A stretch of DNA of 36,983 nucleotides, taken from positions 1-36,983 of the forward strand of contig JAUCBJ010002903.1 of assembly GCA_032718475.1 (NCBI GenBank). The letters run 5' to 3'. Below, in pieces: positions 34,213 to 36,983 of this stretch (position 1 is its first letter; each line of letters opens with the position of its first letter). The notes below the pieces were generated by a model. The model had not been told where the DNA came from and made no database searches. It saw nothing but the letters and a program-made list of their open reading frames with translations. The position numbers and the translations under genes were made by a program. This stretch comes from Nemertoderma westbladi (Eukaryota > Animalia > Xenacoelomorpha).

Positions 34213-35641
34213 TTTATTAAATAGAATATTGGATTACTAATAGTAATGAATTGTTGTGGGGTGGAGTGACGGCGAATTAAATATATATAATAATAATGCT
34301 AGAACAGTATAATGCACTCCATAGCGAAAAATTTCAACCGACCCTATCGGGGCTCGAACGCGTTACCTAGCTTTCAAACCTAGGTGTTGCTATATTTATT
34401 TGGCAGTTATTTTTTTGCCCTATATTTTTTACCTTTTTTGTCCTATATTTTTTACCCTTTTTGTCCTATATTTTTTACCTTTTTTGCCCTATATTTTTTA
34501 AAATACTTTTCTGCCCTATATTTTTTTGAACTAGCAAAACTGCTATACATGAAAGTCGGACTGTTGATTATTACTGTGCCAGTCAGACTGTTGATTATTA
34601 CCGTCAATAAAACGCAAATACACCCGCCCCCGTGAGAAACACTTTGAAATTTATACACAACAATAATCTATTATACTGTATGGGGCTTATTTATAGGTGC
34701 TGGCGCTTTCTGATGGTACTGTAGCTTTTAGGTCCATGGCATTAGGTCCTGGTAGCATTGTCCGTGGCGTTAGGCCCTGATAGCAGTCAGCCTCCAAAAC
34801 CAGGCAGGTTAGTAAAGGAGCAGGTTACAGAGGCGAGTTGAAAGGAACCAAAACAATAAACGAGAGTTAGGAATATTATAGAATGAGTGAATAGAAAACT
34901 AGTCAGATATATGTTAATGCTACAGGACCTAATGTGCCAGGACCTATAGCTACGGCTGTTCGGGACTAATGGATTTCTCGTGCTCCTTGGCACACGATAA
35001 GCTCCTAAAACGGCTTTGAATCTGTATAGCCTCAAAAATAATCCAAAATACAGAGAAAATACAGTATTTTTAGCAGTTTCGTTGTGCTAAAAATACACCG
35101 GAAAAATATACAAAAAAACTATGGGTAAAAGCTCAATAACGTCTAAATTGTTGTGAAAAGGTCGTAATAAACTTGGTGCAGCTTCACGCTATTGGAACTT
35201 GGCGATAGTGCAGAACACCAGGTTACCGTCTGAGTCCAAACGGGGGTGGGACCGATTGGACGCAAATGGTTGGCTTTAACTTTGCTCTCAAATTATACAG
35301 TCGATCCTGGCGAGCCTGGGATGAACCATGTAGCCTGCGATAAGTGCACCAGCACTACCGTGACTGACAGAGCCGGGCCCTATGGAGACGCTGCTACTTT
35401 GCCCCCAAGAACTAAATAGTTGGTCCTAGGACGAACTAAGAAGCCAGCGGGCAAAGTGGGCACACAAGCGCTCCGGGCTAATTTAGCCATAGTGAAACTC
35501 AAACCAAGGCGGAATCGTCTTACCTTCCTGGCGACCGCAAAGCCTTTTTAGGGGCCCGGCCCAGCAACAAAGACGCCCAACTTTGGAGCAGAGCTCACTT
35601 CTAGGCTAAACTTTTACTGACTTTAGGAGCAGAGCTCACTT

Positions 35642-36290
35642 AACCAAAATCAAAATGGGTTCCGTAAAGGTCGTGGGACCATGGAGCCCATTTTGGCACT
35701 TAGAAGGATAATTGAAGAGTTATCAAAAAAGAAAGACAGGCATCTGGCTGTTTGTTATCTTTGTTGACTTCTTCAAGGCCTTTGATTCAGTCTCTCGCTC
35801 ACGTATGTTCAGCATACTTTCATTATATGGGATTCCTGATGAAATTATTGCAGCAATCAGATCAGTATACGATGGTTCGGCAACATTTGTGTCTACTGTT
35901 GACGGTGACACAGAACCATTTGAAGTGTTATGGGGCGTCCTCCAAGGAGACACACTTGCACCATTCTTGTTCATTATTGTGATTGACTATGTTCTTCGCA
36001 TGTCCTTAGATCATTATAATGATGATGGGGTGATGATAACTCCACCTACTGGCTCCAGAAGTCGAGGAAATCCTGCCAAGTACCTAACTGATCTAGACTT
36101 TGCTGATGACTTAGGAGTACTCTCAGAATCATTAGAGGGAGCCCAACGGCTCCTCAGCTCATTAGAACATGCTGCTTCTAGTGTTGGTCTTTTTATTAAC
36201 TCCAGAAAGACCAAAATTCTGACAGTTAACTTTGAAAGTCCTCAGCAAGTCTCTGATCGGATGAGCATAAGCTCAAAGGATGGGATGTTT
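35642..36290 (+). mobile_element. RTE-like LINE reverse-transcriptase fragment, frameshifted and truncated
   Basis: QNGFRKGRGT, FVDFFKAFDSV, GVLQGDTLAPFLF, LDFADD, GLFINSRKTK. Confidence 0.93.
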
Positions 36291-36663
36291 CTCCTAATTT
36301 CTGGGTGAGTCCTAATTTTTCTTTTACTTCCATTAAACTTTAGCTAATTTACGCTTTAAAAAAGGTGTTAGGCCAATATTGCACCATTTGTACTGCACCG
36401 GCTAATCCGTTCAGGAGAAAAATATTAGAAAGTTTATACATCAAAAAATTGGGGGAAAGGGTAATAAATTATTCCTTATTCTGAGATGAATATTACGGTG
36501 ACAGAGGGAAGAAAGGGGATAATCGTCTAGTGATTATTTCGTTTTTAAATCAGAATCCCGAAGGAGTGTATTTTTGTATGTTTATTTGTATGTATACGGA
36601 GGCGCGAAAAATCGATTATATGGACCTAACGCTACATTTACTTTACCCTGTAAGGAACGCTAA

Positions 36664-36983
36664 GGGGGCGTTCATAAAGTATGTTACGCACTAGGGGGGG
36701 GGGGGGGGGGGTGGGTAGAGCTTGCGTGACATTTTGTGACAGAGGGGGAGGGGGGTGTCGACTTTTGTGACGGTCACGGCGATGTTCTATGCTTTAATGT
36801 TAGCTTGGATTTGACTTTCACACATGTGTAGAAGAGTGGGTAACTTTAGGGAAAACAATAAACTCAATAACATTGAGTATAATCGATAAATTGAGTAGGA
36901 CATAGAAGCCATTGACTCCAAACACTGTAATACCTGTTATTAATATAGAATAAGAACACTTGACTTGCCCGTGGGAAAATGTA
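36664..36983 (+). mobile_element. DNA-transposon (MITE-like) end, possibly PIF/Harbinger; runs off the window
   Basis: TAA|GGGGGCGTTCATAAAGTATG terminus (TWA is the PIF/Harbinger target). Inverted homologue of 6839-7065. Confidence 0.65.

Noticed and set aside
34140-34380. tRNA genes suggested by GGTTCGATCCC and GTTCGAGCCCC on the minus strand
   Set aside because: I could not build a cloverleaf. They are better explained as degenerate SINE heads.
6839-36983. One giant 30-kb transposon bounded by the inverted copies at 6839-7065 and 36664-36983
   Set aside because: The TIR-like termini face inward rather than outward, and the interval includes host EVI5 exons. These are two independent insertions.

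Overview
AT-rich animal (probably invertebrate) genomic DNA, not prokaryotic. The backbone is an EVI5-like Rab-GAP gene on the minus strand, seen as three clear phase-0 coiled-coil exons (14165-13941, 7685-7539, 6273-6130) and a probable fourth (54-1). Its introns are crowded. One holds an antisense, intronless GalNAc-transferase-like gene whose catalytic metal ligands are substituted. Upstream lie three intronless CYP2-clan P450s, two of them from a recent ~4-kb segmental duplication, and a two-exon gene encoding five PKI-type RRN[A/G]-hydrophobic pseudosubstrate motifs behind a palindromic CRE and a CCAAT box. There are also five tandem arrays, MITEs, RTE-like LINE fragments and a SINE-like head. 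The two best leads are the multivalent PKI-like gene and a ~6-kb intron made almost wholly of 46-nt units that each read GTGAGT...TTTGTTCTTCCAG, like a chain of micro-introns. All calls are by eye plus the supplied ORF track. Family assignments rest on remembered motifs, and repeat copy numbers and boundaries are approximate.
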